Positions 46,096-55,478 of a stretch of DNA of 64,000 bases are shown here, piece by piece. Source of the stretch: a virus. Under the pieces are notes generated by a model that was not told the origin of the DNA, ran no database searches, and saw only the letters and a program-made list of their open reading frames with translations. The DNA lies in the IMG/VR virus record IMGVR_UViG_3300027747_004417; one strand, 5' to 3'. How positions within the stretch are numbered: position 1 is the stretch's first letter; every line of letters starts with the position of its first letter. The position numbers were made by a program, and so were the translations under genes.

Positions 46096-46527
46096 ATGAT
46101 TATGAATCGAACAGCACAAATCAATAGCGTAGTTAACCAAATGGTCCGCTGCGGAAGAGAGAATGTGAAGATATCTGCAGAAAAGAAAGAGCATTATGCT
46201 TGTGAATATGAGCAAGAGATATTTCTTGCTCTGGACTTGATACCGCAAGCACAAGCCACCTTCCAAGCTGTTGTTGCAAAAAAACTTAAGTCTGATGAAC
46301 GAGAAAAAGTCATTAAGTTTTGCATTGACTTTAAAAACAGGAATTTTTCTGGTCCTAATGATCCTATTTTTTTGCTTTGGAGATTTTTGAAGACCGCAAA
46401 TAGAAAGCCTAGCAATCTCTATCCTAGTGTTTCTTATGCTTTGAGGTCTTATTTGGACGGCAAAAAGATTAGATCTATTAGAAATGATAGGTCTTTTAAA
46501 GACATTATGGAGAAGGAGATGGTGTAG
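46096..46527 (+). CDS. Stand-alone paralogue of the C-terminal domain of the DGQHR protein
   Basis: Ungapped manual alignment to the 42158 protein C-terminus; AGGAG RBS. Confidence 0.7.
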   Translation: MIMNRTAQINSVVNQMVRCGRENVKISAEKKEHYACEYEQEIFLALDLIPQAQATFQAVVAKKLKSDEREKVIKFCIDFKNRNFSGPNDPIFLLWRFLKTANRKPSNLYPSVSYALRSYLDGKKIRSIRNDRSFKDIMEKEMV

Positions 46528-47065
46528 TATCTATAAAAAAGTCATCTTCCAACTTCAATAGCTCTTCTAATGCTATTATGGACCAAGGTCCATAATTAAG
46601 TTGATACTTAAATTCTTGAGGAAGGTCTTTGGTTAAGACAACACAAAACCAGGGTCTTCTTTTTTTCTTCCAACAAAGCATTGGTTTTCTGCTACATCTT
46701 TTTGCATCCTTAGAAACCTGGCTTAGGAATCCGTCTAATTCTGTGCTTCCTTTGATGAAAACCGAGTTTAAATCTATGCCTTCATATCCGCCTTTGCTCT
46801 CAAGAACAAATTTGAATCCTTGCGGCACCACCAGATCACCAGAAAAAACCTCTCTAGCATGTTGAGGTAGGTTGTTAACTTGTGACCATCTATTCCCAGA
46901 GCCAACGGATCTGCTAAAGCCAGTACCAAATCTTTTATTCAAGATTTTTGAAAGCTCTAGCTCTACTCTATTTCCTTTTTTCTTTCCGTTGATTCTTTTT
47001 TTCTTTTTTTCGAATATTCCTTCGTCCGTGATGAAATCTTCTGAATCTTCAAATTCATAACTCAT
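46505..47065 (-). CDS. Holliday junction resolvase (Hjc-like PD-(D/E)xK)
   Basis: KKKGNRVELEL, SGDLV, FVLESK. Confidence 0.8.
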   Translation of the reverse strand: MSYEFEDSEDFITDEGIFEKKKKRINGKKKGNRVELELSKILNKRFGTGFSRSVGSGNRWSQVNNLPQHAREVFSGDLVVPQGFKFVLESKGGYEGIDLNSVFIKGSTELDGFLSQVSKDAKRCSRKPMLCWKKKRRPWFCVVLTKDLPQEFKYQLNYGPWSIIALEELLKLEDDFFIDTTPSPSP

Positions 47066-47096
47066 ACAATTATATATGAGTTTTTATTATAACATT

Positions 47097-48203
47097 CTAA
47101 AAGAAATGTGATAATAATTTGGCAATAGAGTTATCTATTTCTTTGAGTTGGTTAATGGTTTCTTCAAAAAGTTCTTTTTCCATGGTCTCTTTGTTGACCG
47201 CATAACGTAGTTCTAACTCTACATTTTTTGCCTTTTCTATTATTCTAGCAACATACTCTTCGGCCGAATTTAGATCATATTCGCTCCATAAAGAACTTCT
47301 TTCTTTTCTAATAATCTGATCGTTTTCATCTAGTTTCGATATTAAGTTGAAATGAGGCGTTCCACTTGGTATCGTAAAAAATTCTTCCCCCACCTCCTCA
47401 GACTCGTCCCCAAGTGTAAGTCTGTATCTGTTAGAGCTTAATGTATTGTCTACTAAACTTAAATGCCAAATTTCTTTTGGATGTACTTCAATTAGTTTGT
47501 AGCACATAGATAGAAGCCTACTATCACACTCATTACACGCTTCTTCCCATATGCTAGGTTCTGATACAAAAAATACTTGTCCTAATTCTTCCCTTAAGTC
47601 CGATATCCACAGTGGCCTGTACTCGTTTCTAAATAGAAGTAGTGATCTTTGTCCGCTTTCTTGTCTTATTCCTGTTGCTACGGCCATATGGCCAAATTGT
47701 ATTAAGCTAAATATTCTTTTAACTGATTCTAGCTCTCTATCAACTATTGTTTTGTTTGATTTTATGGTGGACTCAAAAATACGAAGAAGAATTTCAGAAT
47801 CGCATTGGGTAGAAACTTCATAGTTTTTTCTTAACTCATAATATTCATCGTCTTCTATTCTTCCATTGTGTGCTAAAGCTATTGTTTTGTCGTTCGACGT
47901 AAAGGGGTGGTTGTTTTCATTAAAAAATGGTTCCCCTACACCTTTCGAGGCTCCTCTGGCATGAGCTATAACTAAATCAACTTCAAAGTTAGACAAACCA
48001 GACCAGAATCTACTTTTTACGAAGCTACTAGACCTTGTTGGTTCTTTGTGATAGATCACGCTGCCGTTGAAACCACACTCGGCAGCCCAAAAGCCAGCAG
48101 CGTCTGTACCTCTAGACTCACTCTTTTCAAATAGTTTTGTTAAAAGCTGATAGCTTAAGTTCTTATCTTTTGATTTACCAATAAAGCCAGTTATGCCACA
48201 CAT
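47097..48203 (-). CDS. Class II glutamine amidotransferase domain protein
   Basis: N-terminal MCGI, RGTDAAG, HARGAS, NNHPF, HNGRI, DSE. Confidence 0.88.
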   Translation of the reverse strand: MCGITGFIGKSKDKNLSYQLLTKLFEKSESRGTDAAGFWAAECGFNGSVIYHKEPTRSSSFVKSRFWSGLSNFEVDLVIAHARGASKGVGEPFFNENNHPFTSNDKTIALAHNGRIEDDEYYELRKNYEVSTQCDSEILLRIFESTIKSNKTIVDRELESVKRIFSLIQFGHMAVATGIRQESGQRSLLLFRNEYRPLWISDLREELGQVFFVSEPSIWEEACNECDSRLLSMCYKLIEVHPKEIWHLSLVDNTLSSNRYRLTLGDESEEVGEEFFTIPSGTPHFNLISKLDENDQIIRKERSSLWSEYDLNSAEEYVARIIEKAKNVELELRYAVNKETMEKELFEETINQLKEIDNSIAKLLSHFF

Positions 48204-48397
48204 TAATTTTCTTCTTCCTTTTGGGCTTTATTGCCGCCCTGGAAAAGTCTCCATCCGTGTGCTGCTATTGCACAAAGTTCTTCAAAAGAATATTCGGATA
48301 GAGGAATGCCAAAGAATGTAGCATTCTCTGCTTCTTTGAACCATTCCCGAGGCAGGTTGCTGTGAATGGTTAAATCGTAACCTTTTTTATCTAGCAT
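48203..48397 (-). CDS. Small hypothetical protein
   Basis: 64 aa, coupled between guaC and the GATase. Confidence 0.65.
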   Translation of the reverse strand: MLDKKGYDLTIHSNLPREWFKEAENATFFGIPLSEYSFEELCAIAAHGWRLFQGGNKAQKEEEN

Positions 48398-48399
48398 AA

Positions 48400-49455
48400 T
48401 TAGTGGTTGTTAGAAACTCTTACAAATTTTGCACACTTGTTAAAGTCTTTTAGTTTTCCTGCTCCTATGTAGGCACCGCAACTTCTTAACCCCCCTAAAA
48501 TTTCCTGTACAATACTAGAAACTGGACCCTTGTACGGTACTTTAGAAACCTTACCTTCGGATGCTCTGTATTCTTTCTTTCCTGCTCCGTGTTTTTCTTG
48601 AGCATAGTGGCTGCTCATTCCATAGAAAGTAAGAGATTTCTTCGCACTCGAAACAACTCCACCATTGTTTTCGTACTCCCAGTCTCCCTCACACTCATCT
48701 GCCCCAGCAAACATGCCCCCTATCATCACCCAGTCCGCACCAGAGCATATGGCCTTACAGATATCACCAACGGTCTTGCATCCTCCATCGCTCATTACCA
48801 ATCCTAGCTTTCCATCGCCAGAACTTAATCCATGAGCTGCGTGGGAGCACTCTACGTTACATGAAAAGGTGCCATATCCTACACCAGTCATTTTTCTAGT
48901 TTCACATTGTGATCCGGGCCCTATTTGGATTTTACATATGTCTACTTTTCCATGGATAATTAGCTCTTGGCATATTTCTGGTGTTGTGACGTTTCCTGCA
49001 CAAATTATACTTTCTGGAAATTCCTTTCTTACAGTAGCACAAAAATGTACAAAGCTTTCCATATATCCGTTTGGAACATCTATTACAATGTTTGTTGGCT
49101 CTCCCAATAGTTTGCTCACAGCTTTAATTTTTTCTAGATCATCATCAGATTTGCCTATAGTTGTCCAAGCGTATGCTATGCCTGCTTCCTCTATAATCCC
49201 TGCTAGTTCTTCTGCACTGTAATACTTGTGCAACGCAGTTGCGATCTTATAAGAGGACAACTTAATAGCCATCTTTTTTGATGTAAGGGGGACCATGTTG
49301 GAACACATTAGAGGAATTCCAGTCCACACTCTTGGGCTGTAGTAAAACTTAAAATTTCTTTCTAAAGCAACTTGCTTTCTGCTTTCTAGGGTGGTTCTTT
49401 GAGGAACAATTAGAACATCATCATAATTTAATTTTACTTCTGGAGCTAAAAACAT
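48400..49455 (-). CDS. guaC: GMP reductase
   Basis: KLNYDDVLI, DVPNGY, AGNVTT, IGPGSQCETR, SDGGC, FYGMSS, SEGK; AGGAG RBS before ATG 49455. Confidence 0.9.
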   Translation of the reverse strand: MFLAPEVKLNYDDVLIVPQRTTLESRKQVALERNFKFYYSPRVWTGIPLMCSNMVPLTSKKMAIKLSSYKIATALHKYYSAEELAGIIEEAGIAYAWTTIGKSDDDLEKIKAVSKLLGEPTNIVIDVPNGYMESFVHFCATVRKEFPESIICAGNVTTPEICQELIIHGKVDICKIQIGPGSQCETRKMTGVGYGTFSCNVECSHAAHGLSSGDGKLGLVMSDGGCKTVGDICKAICSGADWVMIGGMFAGADECEGDWEYENNGGVVSSAKKSLTFYGMSSHYAQEKHGAGKKEYRASEGKVSKVPYKGPVSSIVQEILGGLRSCGAYIGAGKLKDFNKCAKFVRVSNNH

Positions 49456-49494
49456 TGTAAATCTCCTAGTTTTTGAAAGAACCAAGCAAGTTAG

Positions 49495-49522
49495 ATTTTA
49501 TTGTTTTTATGATCAAAGTCAA
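49495..49522 (-). promoter_or_regulatory. sigma70-like promoter for the guaC operon
   Basis: TTGACT-16bp-TAAAAT. Confidence 0.55.
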
Positions 49523-49585
49523 GGATAATTTACTTTTTAAAAGGAAGAAGCTTGGGCATAAATAGTTTAAAAGGGAAAGGAAAAA

Positions 49586-49855
49586 ATGAATTTCTTCGAA
49601 TTAGACCAACAAGTATCACAGCAGACTAGCTTAACCCCTGCGTCGAATGACGAGACAGGCATTGATAAAAATGGCTACATAAGAATAGCTGGTAAAATTG
49701 CACAAAAGCTAGGAGAAAAGTCAAATACCTATACTCCTTTGGTTAGATATGTTGCAAGAAACCCCAAAATGTTGCAATTACTAGAGAAGTTAATAGAAGA
49801 AACAAGTCTAGCTCAATCTGGTAAGTTGAAAGCTGTTGTTTCAAGCTACAAGTAG
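49586..49855 (+). CDS. Hypothetical protein
   Basis: 89 aa; TAAATA upstream. Confidence 0.7.
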   Translation: MNFFELDQQVSQQTSLTPASNDETGIDKNGYIRIAGKIAQKLGEKSNTYTPLVRYVARNPKMLQLLEKLIEETSLAQSGKLKAVVSSYK

Positions 49856-49856
49856 T

Positions 49857-50411
49857 TCACATAGCACTTAGTTGCTGCCCAGACTGTCCTGCTAATGAGG
49901 GTTGATCTGTTAGTTGGGGATCTTTATTTACTGGTGCTCCCGGCATTGGGTCTTTTTCTATATCCTTTTTCTCTTGAGGCGGTTTATATTGATCCCGAAC
50001 AGGCTTGACTGTGTTTGACGTGCCTCTTGAGTCCGATGCACTTTCAATACCTTCTGTTCCTTCTGGCGAAGCAATTTTATTTATTGGGGAACCTATTTTC
50101 TTTACTAGGTTATTCAAGGCATCCGCAGACCCAGAAACAGTCTTTTCTAAATCGCCTTTTTCTTTTACGGCTTTTATGATCGCTACACCAATTTTTTGCA
50201 AATCTTTTAGATAAACTTGGTTCTCTTTTGACCAATAACTGTGTAAGACTCTCCTTATTTGATTGACTATTCTTTCTGAAAATCTGGAGAGGTCCCTTGA
50301 CCCCATCCTTCCAGACTCGCCCTTTAGTTCTTCGGCCGCAGCTAGAATGTCTCCTATCTTTTGGCCAAGATACTGTTTCTGCTCGTTTATTATAAATTCT
50401 TTAAATTTCAT
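49857..50411 (-). CDS. Hypothetical protein with CTS-like N-terminus
   Basis: MKFKEFIINE; ATGA overlap with the nrdJ stop. Confidence 0.75.
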   Translation of the reverse strand: MKFKEFIINEQKQYLGQKIGDILAAAEELKGESGRMGSRDLSRFSERIVNQIRRVLHSYWSKENQVYLKDLQKIGVAIIKAVKEKGDLEKTVSGSADALNNLVKKIGSPINKIASPEGTEGIESASDSRGTSNTVKPVRDQYKPPQEKKDIEKDPMPGAPVNKDPQLTDQPSLAGQSGQQLSAM

Positions 50412-52678
50412 GCTTCTTTCTTAAAGTCTATTGGGCAAGCTCCACCATCACATCTTACATGATCTTGATCAACGTCCTCTTTAAGGGAGGATGTTATTGT
50501 TCTTATGACGTTTTCGTACTCTGCTTTAGTGACAGCCTCTTCAGGTAGATATTCATAACTGCTACGATCTTCTTGAGGCATCACAGAACAGCACTTAATT
50601 CTACTCTGATTTTCTTTAAGAGTTTCTGAAAATTGCTTGAAATCAACCTTGTTTGGGTTATATTTCAATGTATAGCTTATTTGGTTTCCTGTATCTTTTT
50701 CTAGGAGGTTACCTTTTTCATCTACACCTCTTATCCAATACTTTTCCCCTAGCATAAGCCATTTATACTGATCCTCTGGGCTGGCCTCAGAGGCAGTAAC
50801 TAGTCTATCTTCCATTCCAAGCTCTGTTATTACTGGTGTGGTTGGGAACCCAACTATTACCGTGTTCTGGTAGCTAGTTAGCTCTCTTACCGGATAACCA
50901 GATTTTTCGTACTTCTTGACCAAGGGATCAGATTTGCTGAACTGAACCCATCTTAGATACCACCTCATAGAAGGAAGGTGCCAACCCTCAGTCAACCCAA
51001 ACAACTTGCTTGTTGTACCAGCGGGTTTAATAGTTGTATCTGAGTGTGGAACTGTGACGCCTAATTTCTTTGAATAGGCTTTTGCCTCATCTTGGACAGC
51101 TCTTTTGAATCGTGACATTGTCATCCAAAAATCTTTAGACTTTTCTTCGTCTACAAGATCACTAAAACCAAGTTTAAAGAATTTCCATGCAAACTCATGG
51201 ATGCCCGTAATACCAACTCCAATTCTGTTCGTTCTTTTTACTTCCTTTTTATAAACACTATCCATTGTGTTTACTCTAATTAATGCCCTAGTAACAGATC
51301 TGAAGGCTTCCTCTGCTTCGTCTAGAGTCTCTGCGTGATACGGCACAACGTCAGCGATTGTGCAGAACGCTCCCCATACTGCAATTGATATTTCGCCACA
51401 CGGATTAGTTATCATGAAGTTCTGCTTTTTAACAGCCTTCTTTAACAGTCTGTTTATGTACAAATGTGTATCATCATTCAAAGAATACTTTTTGCTACCG
51501 ATGAGACATTCTGTACTGATCAGTTTTTCTGTGCCGGACTTATCTTGATTTAGTTTGTCAACGTTGATAAACCCTGGCTCTCCTGTTCCGTCTCCATACG
51601 AAGCAGAAACAGCTAGCTTATAAACACTTCTTGCGTGTTTTGCGATTTCTGAATTATATTCATCTGAACCTTTTTTGACATTCAAGAGTCGCCAGAACTC
51701 TTGGTCAACAGTGATGCTATTGTTTGATGACCATAAGAAGCCCATGGGGCTCATGTTCTTTCTTATTTCTGTTATTTCTTCTACATTTTTTCCTGTAAAT
51801 TCAATTGGTCTTTTTATTGTTATAAACTCTAGGACGCTTTCATCTTCCCAGGTCTTTGTTGACATTCGAGCTGCTCTTCTTGCTCCTCCAACAAGAACAC
51901 ACTCTGCAAAATAGTGGTCAATATAGATGGTTTGCATCCATCGCGGCAGTCCCGTGTTCTTCATGGTTGCTGCTTTGTTAAACGCGTTCATCAATGGCAC
52001 AGGACCGCTTGCTGGCCTTTTTTGCATACCATTTATCGGGGCACCCTTAGGCCTAATTGCTGAAAAATCTAAGATAAACAGCTTGTCTTTGTGTATCTTT
52101 TCGAAGGCGGCGTTTTCCCATATTTCTAACGCTTTGGCCCATCCTTCTCTTGTGTCGTCTACTAAGTGCCAAAGTACATCCTTCCCACTTCCGTACTTGT
52201 GCTTTGCATCTCTTACTGACTCATGTGCCGAAAAATCAAAGTTGGGATGGTTCTCATCTAACACACAACGTAAAGCTGGTGCATTGTCCCAATCTACAAG
52301 CATCATGTCGTCATCGTAGCTTCTTCCTACGCCTGAGCCATTCATCAATAAATAAAATAGCATGAAGCTAGTGCTTGATGTCGAGCAATTAGTAAAAACC
52401 TCCATGTTCCTCTCAGCCTGTAATTCATCACCATGCTGGAGATGCCTACCGCTCATTAATGTCGTAGCATTTAGTAAATGCCTGTATAGAACCTCGTATT
52501 CTTTTTCTTGTTCTTCTTTGTCTTTGCAAAGCTTTGCATTTCCTAAAGCAACACGATGGGCAACATCATTCCATGTTTCCCACCTTCCATCTTCTTTTTT
52601 TCTTAGTATTGTTCTCTCGGCAACAGCTTGTCCCATACCGGCATGAAAGGTTCTAGTCTTCTTATTCTGCTTTGACAT
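50408..52678 (-). CDS. nrdJ: Class II (B12-dependent) ribonucleotide reductase
   Basis: GRHL, NCS, GSGVG, TNPCGEI, TIKPAGT, C-terminal CDGGACP. Confidence 0.9.
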   Translation of the reverse strand: MSKQNKKTRTFHAGMGQAVAERTILRKKEDGRWETWNDVAHRVALGNAKLCKDKEEQEKEYEVLYRHLLNATTLMSGRHLQHGDELQAERNMEVFTNCSTSSTSFMLFYLLMNGSGVGRSYDDDMMLVDWDNAPALRCVLDENHPNFDFSAHESVRDAKHKYGSGKDVLWHLVDDTREGWAKALEIWENAAFEKIHKDKLFILDFSAIRPKGAPINGMQKRPASGPVPLMNAFNKAATMKNTGLPRWMQTIYIDHYFAECVLVGGARRAARMSTKTWEDESVLEFITIKRPIEFTGKNVEEITEIRKNMSPMGFLWSSNNSITVDQEFWRLLNVKKGSDEYNSEIAKHARSVYKLAVSASYGDGTGEPGFINVDKLNQDKSGTEKLISTECLIGSKKYSLNDDTHLYINRLLKKAVKKQNFMITNPCGEISIAVWGAFCTIADVVPYHAETLDEAEEAFRSVTRALIRVNTMDSVYKKEVKRTNRIGVGITGIHEFAWKFFKLGFSDLVDEEKSKDFWMTMSRFKRAVQDEAKAYSKKLGVTVPHSDTTIKPAGTTSKLFGLTEGWHLPSMRWYLRWVQFSKSDPLVKKYEKSGYPVRELTSYQNTVIVGFPTTPVITELGMEDRLVTASEASPEDQYKWLMLGEKYWIRGVDEKGNLLEKDTGNQISYTLKYNPNKVDFKQFSETLKENQSRIKCCSVMPQEDRSSYEYLPEEAVTKAEYENVIRTITSSLKEDVDQDHVRCDGGACPIDFKKEA

Positions 52679-52729
52679 TTTTTCTCCTTGGTTCTTTAGA
52701 TTTTATTTAAGGTTCACGCCGCTTTTTTT

Positions 52730-54763
52730 TCAAAACTTTTTTGTAAATCCATTTTCATGTATTAATCTAAGCTTTGATTCTGTTTCGAGCATCTTGATGA
52801 GGTCCTGGTCGTGTGTGGTTACAAAAACCTGTTTACTCTCAGCCAGTTCTTTTATCATTTTATAAATCCCGATAACTCCGCTTGGGTCCACATTTGTAGT
52901 AACTTCATCGAGGAAGATCAAGCTGGGGACAGAGTCGGAACTTAATTCTGTTATATAAGCAAACGAGTGTCCCACGGCCAGATTTAATCTTCTTCTTTGT
53001 CCAGTACTCATTGCATAATAGATATAAGGATCTCCATCTGGAGGGTTCCTTTCTATTTTTTCTTGCAACTCATTGTCAAAGTTTAAAGTTATAACATTGT
53101 CAATTAAAAACTGCAACCAGTAATTTATTCTCTTGTTTAAATCTGGTATTATTCCCTCTATAATCCATTTTCTAATTCCTTGTTCTCCAAAACCTGATAT
53201 CCAATAGTCGTAGTAGGGAATTTTTTCTTCTAATGACTTTATCTTTTTCTTTTTTTCTTCAACTAGATTTTTAATTTTATCAAGTTCCTGCTTATCGTTC
53301 AGCAGTATTTCCTTAAAAGGCGAGTCTTCTTCCTTTTCATTTTTTTTAATTTGCTCAATGAGCTCTTCTATTTTTTGCTTTATAGCTATTTCGTTCTCGT
53401 TTGCACGGGGTTCCTTAATTTTTCCTAGCTCTAGAAACTCTCTTCTTAGTGTTTCTGATTTAGAGTCTAAAGAAGCTATTTTTTCCTCTACCTGTGCCTT
53501 CATTGTTTTTAGCTTTTCTTGCTTAATTTTTAGCTGTTTTGTTTCTTCCTCCATTCCCTTCAGAGTTGGAATTTCTTCCTTTATAACCCCGTCAATACGT
53601 GATATTTCTTTATCTAGTTCAAGAATATATTCATCAATATTCTTGATGTCCACAGTGCCTTTGCACTTTATGCACTTTTTCCCCGGCTCCTCTTTTTTAA
53701 GGTCGTCTATTTCTTTCTGAACCTTCTTTTTCTCCTCCATTTTATATTTTATTTCTCTTGACAAATCGTTAAACTTTTCTAAGAAGCTCTGGGCATATTC
53801 TCTCTGATCTTTTTCTTTTTGCTCAATTAATGAAATTTTTTCTTGTAATTCTTTTTTCTGCTGACCAATCTTCGGTATTTCTTCGTTTACCTTTTGTATT
53901 TTTTCTTGTGCTTCTTGGTATAAGGTGAGAGCAGCCCCAACATCCGACTTCTTCTTCAGCTCTTCCTTTTTTTCCAGCAGTTTATTTTTTAGATCTTCAA
54001 TTTCTTTTAGCCGTTGCGTGTTCCACTGGTCTTCTTTACTGGTTGTAAGCCGCAACCTCTTCTCAGAATCCTCCTGATTACTTAGAAGCATGGCAAATTC
54101 TTTTGTCTCAGAATCTATCTGCCCTTTAATTTCCTTCTTTGCTTCTTTAGAACTTTCAAACCATTCTCTGTATGAGCCCAGAGATAGGAGGTTTTCAACT
54201 ATTTCTCTTTTTGTGTTCTTATCGCACTCTAAGAAGCACGATCTTTGGTCATCTGTAAAAATACAGATATTTATAAAGCTTTCATATGACAGGCCTACTA
54301 TTTCATCTATTTTTTTCTGCGTGGTAGACATGCTCCCCAGTGTTATTTCTGTGGAGTCGTTCCAAACACCTTCTTCGCTCTCCCACAAACGCAAGCTATT
54401 TTTATTTTTCTTTCCGTTCTCGGCTCGTGTTCTAACCACTCTGTATTTATCAAATTCGACTACGCACTTACAATCTTGACCAACTTTGTTGTGGATTACA
54501 TCATCTATATTAATTTTTTCTGGTCTTTTTATAGTTTTACCATATATTGCATATACGATAATTTCTTGGATGCTGCTCTTCCCTGTGCCGTTGCTGTTAG
54601 ACCTCATGTCCAACTCTGAGTATTGCTCAATAATCTTTGAGTCTTTGTTGATTCCCTCTACAAGAACTATGTTTCCATAGTCTTTAAAGTTGATTTCAAC
54701 ACCATCAGGACCAAACGGCAAGAAGTTCCATGCCGCTGCATACTTGAAACTAAGATTTCTCAT
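52730..54763 (-). CDS. sbcC: SbcC/Rad50/gp46-like ATPase
   Basis: Walker A NGTGKSS, coiled coil with CxxC hook (CIKC), signature STGQ, Walker B IFLDE, TTH. Confidence 0.92.
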   Translation of the reverse strand: MRNLSFKYAAAWNFLPFGPDGVEINFKDYGNIVLVEGINKDSKIIEQYSELDMRSNSNGTGKSSIQEIIVYAIYGKTIKRPEKINIDDVIHNKVGQDCKCVVEFDKYRVVRTRAENGKKNKNSLRLWESEEGVWNDSTEITLGSMSTTQKKIDEIVGLSYESFINICIFTDDQRSCFLECDKNTKREIVENLLSLGSYREWFESSKEAKKEIKGQIDSETKEFAMLLSNQEDSEKRLRLTTSKEDQWNTQRLKEIEDLKNKLLEKKEELKKKSDVGAALTLYQEAQEKIQKVNEEIPKIGQQKKELQEKISLIEQKEKDQREYAQSFLEKFNDLSREIKYKMEEKKKVQKEIDDLKKEEPGKKCIKCKGTVDIKNIDEYILELDKEISRIDGVIKEEIPTLKGMEEETKQLKIKQEKLKTMKAQVEEKIASLDSKSETLRREFLELGKIKEPRANENEIAIKQKIEELIEQIKKNEKEEDSPFKEILLNDKQELDKIKNLVEEKKKKIKSLEEKIPYYDYWISGFGEQGIRKWIIEGIIPDLNKRINYWLQFLIDNVITLNFDNELQEKIERNPPDGDPYIYYAMSTGQRRRLNLAVGHSFAYITELSSDSVPSLIFLDEVTTNVDPSGVIGIYKMIKELAESKQVFVTTHDQDLIKMLETESKLRLIHENGFTKKF

Positions 54764-54770
54764 GGCACCT

Positions 54771-55478
54771 TCAAACGCTTTTTTTGATTAGTTTTCTCAA
54801 CGTCACAGTTTTGCCATCTATAAACTTAAGATATCCATCGTTTTTTCTGTCATGAAATAAAAACCCCTTACCTTCTAACAGAGGTTTTAGGCTTCCTGTT
54901 GGGTGTATTACCTTAGGCTTCTCTCCCTCTATCTCTAACTTTTTAGATTCTATTTGGGATAGACCTGTAAAATTCCAAGTATTACTGATATGTCTTATAA
55001 ATTTTTCAAAATGATCAATTAAGCATTTAAATACTGCTGGAGAAGTGATGGGTTGCTTTGCGGTCTGCATGAAATTCATTATATCTTCTACAAAGGCCCA
55101 TTGATAGTGGGGTCCGGCTATAAAACCCGGGTTTCCATTCTCGGTCAATAGTATTTTTTCATTTATTTCTTCAAATATTTTGTCTATGTTCTCTTCAAAG
55201 AATACGTCGGCGTCCCAATACACAAATTTGCCTTTGTTCTCTTTTGCGTACTTTGATACTTGTTTTATTGTTTCTATTCTTATGTCGTTAGCCTCTGACC
55301 CCGTTATTATTTTGGCCCCTTTTTCTAAGATTTTCTTCTTAGATAAGCCATGTAATCCACAATCAACTACTATAATTTCTCCTTGGTATTTTGCCACTTC
55401 TCTTAAGGTGTATATCCAAGAAGATCCAAAGTGGTCCCAATATTTTTCGTTGAGTCCAGTGAATACGTGATTACTCAT
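54771..55478 (-). CDS. GT-A-like (DxD) protein
   Basis: IIVVDCGL, VYWDADVFF, NPGFIAG. Confidence 0.55.
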   Translation of the reverse strand: MSNHVFTGLNEKYWDHFGSSWIYTLREVAKYQGEIIVVDCGLHGLSKKKILEKGAKIITGSEANDIRIETIKQVSKYAKENKGKFVYWDADVFFEENIDKIFEEINEKILLTENGNPGFIAGPHYQWAFVEDIMNFMQTAKQPITSPAVFKCLIDHFEKFIRHISNTWNFTGLSQIESKKLEIEGEKPKVIHPTGSLKPLLEGKGFLFHDRKNDGYLKFIDGKTVTLRKLIKKSV

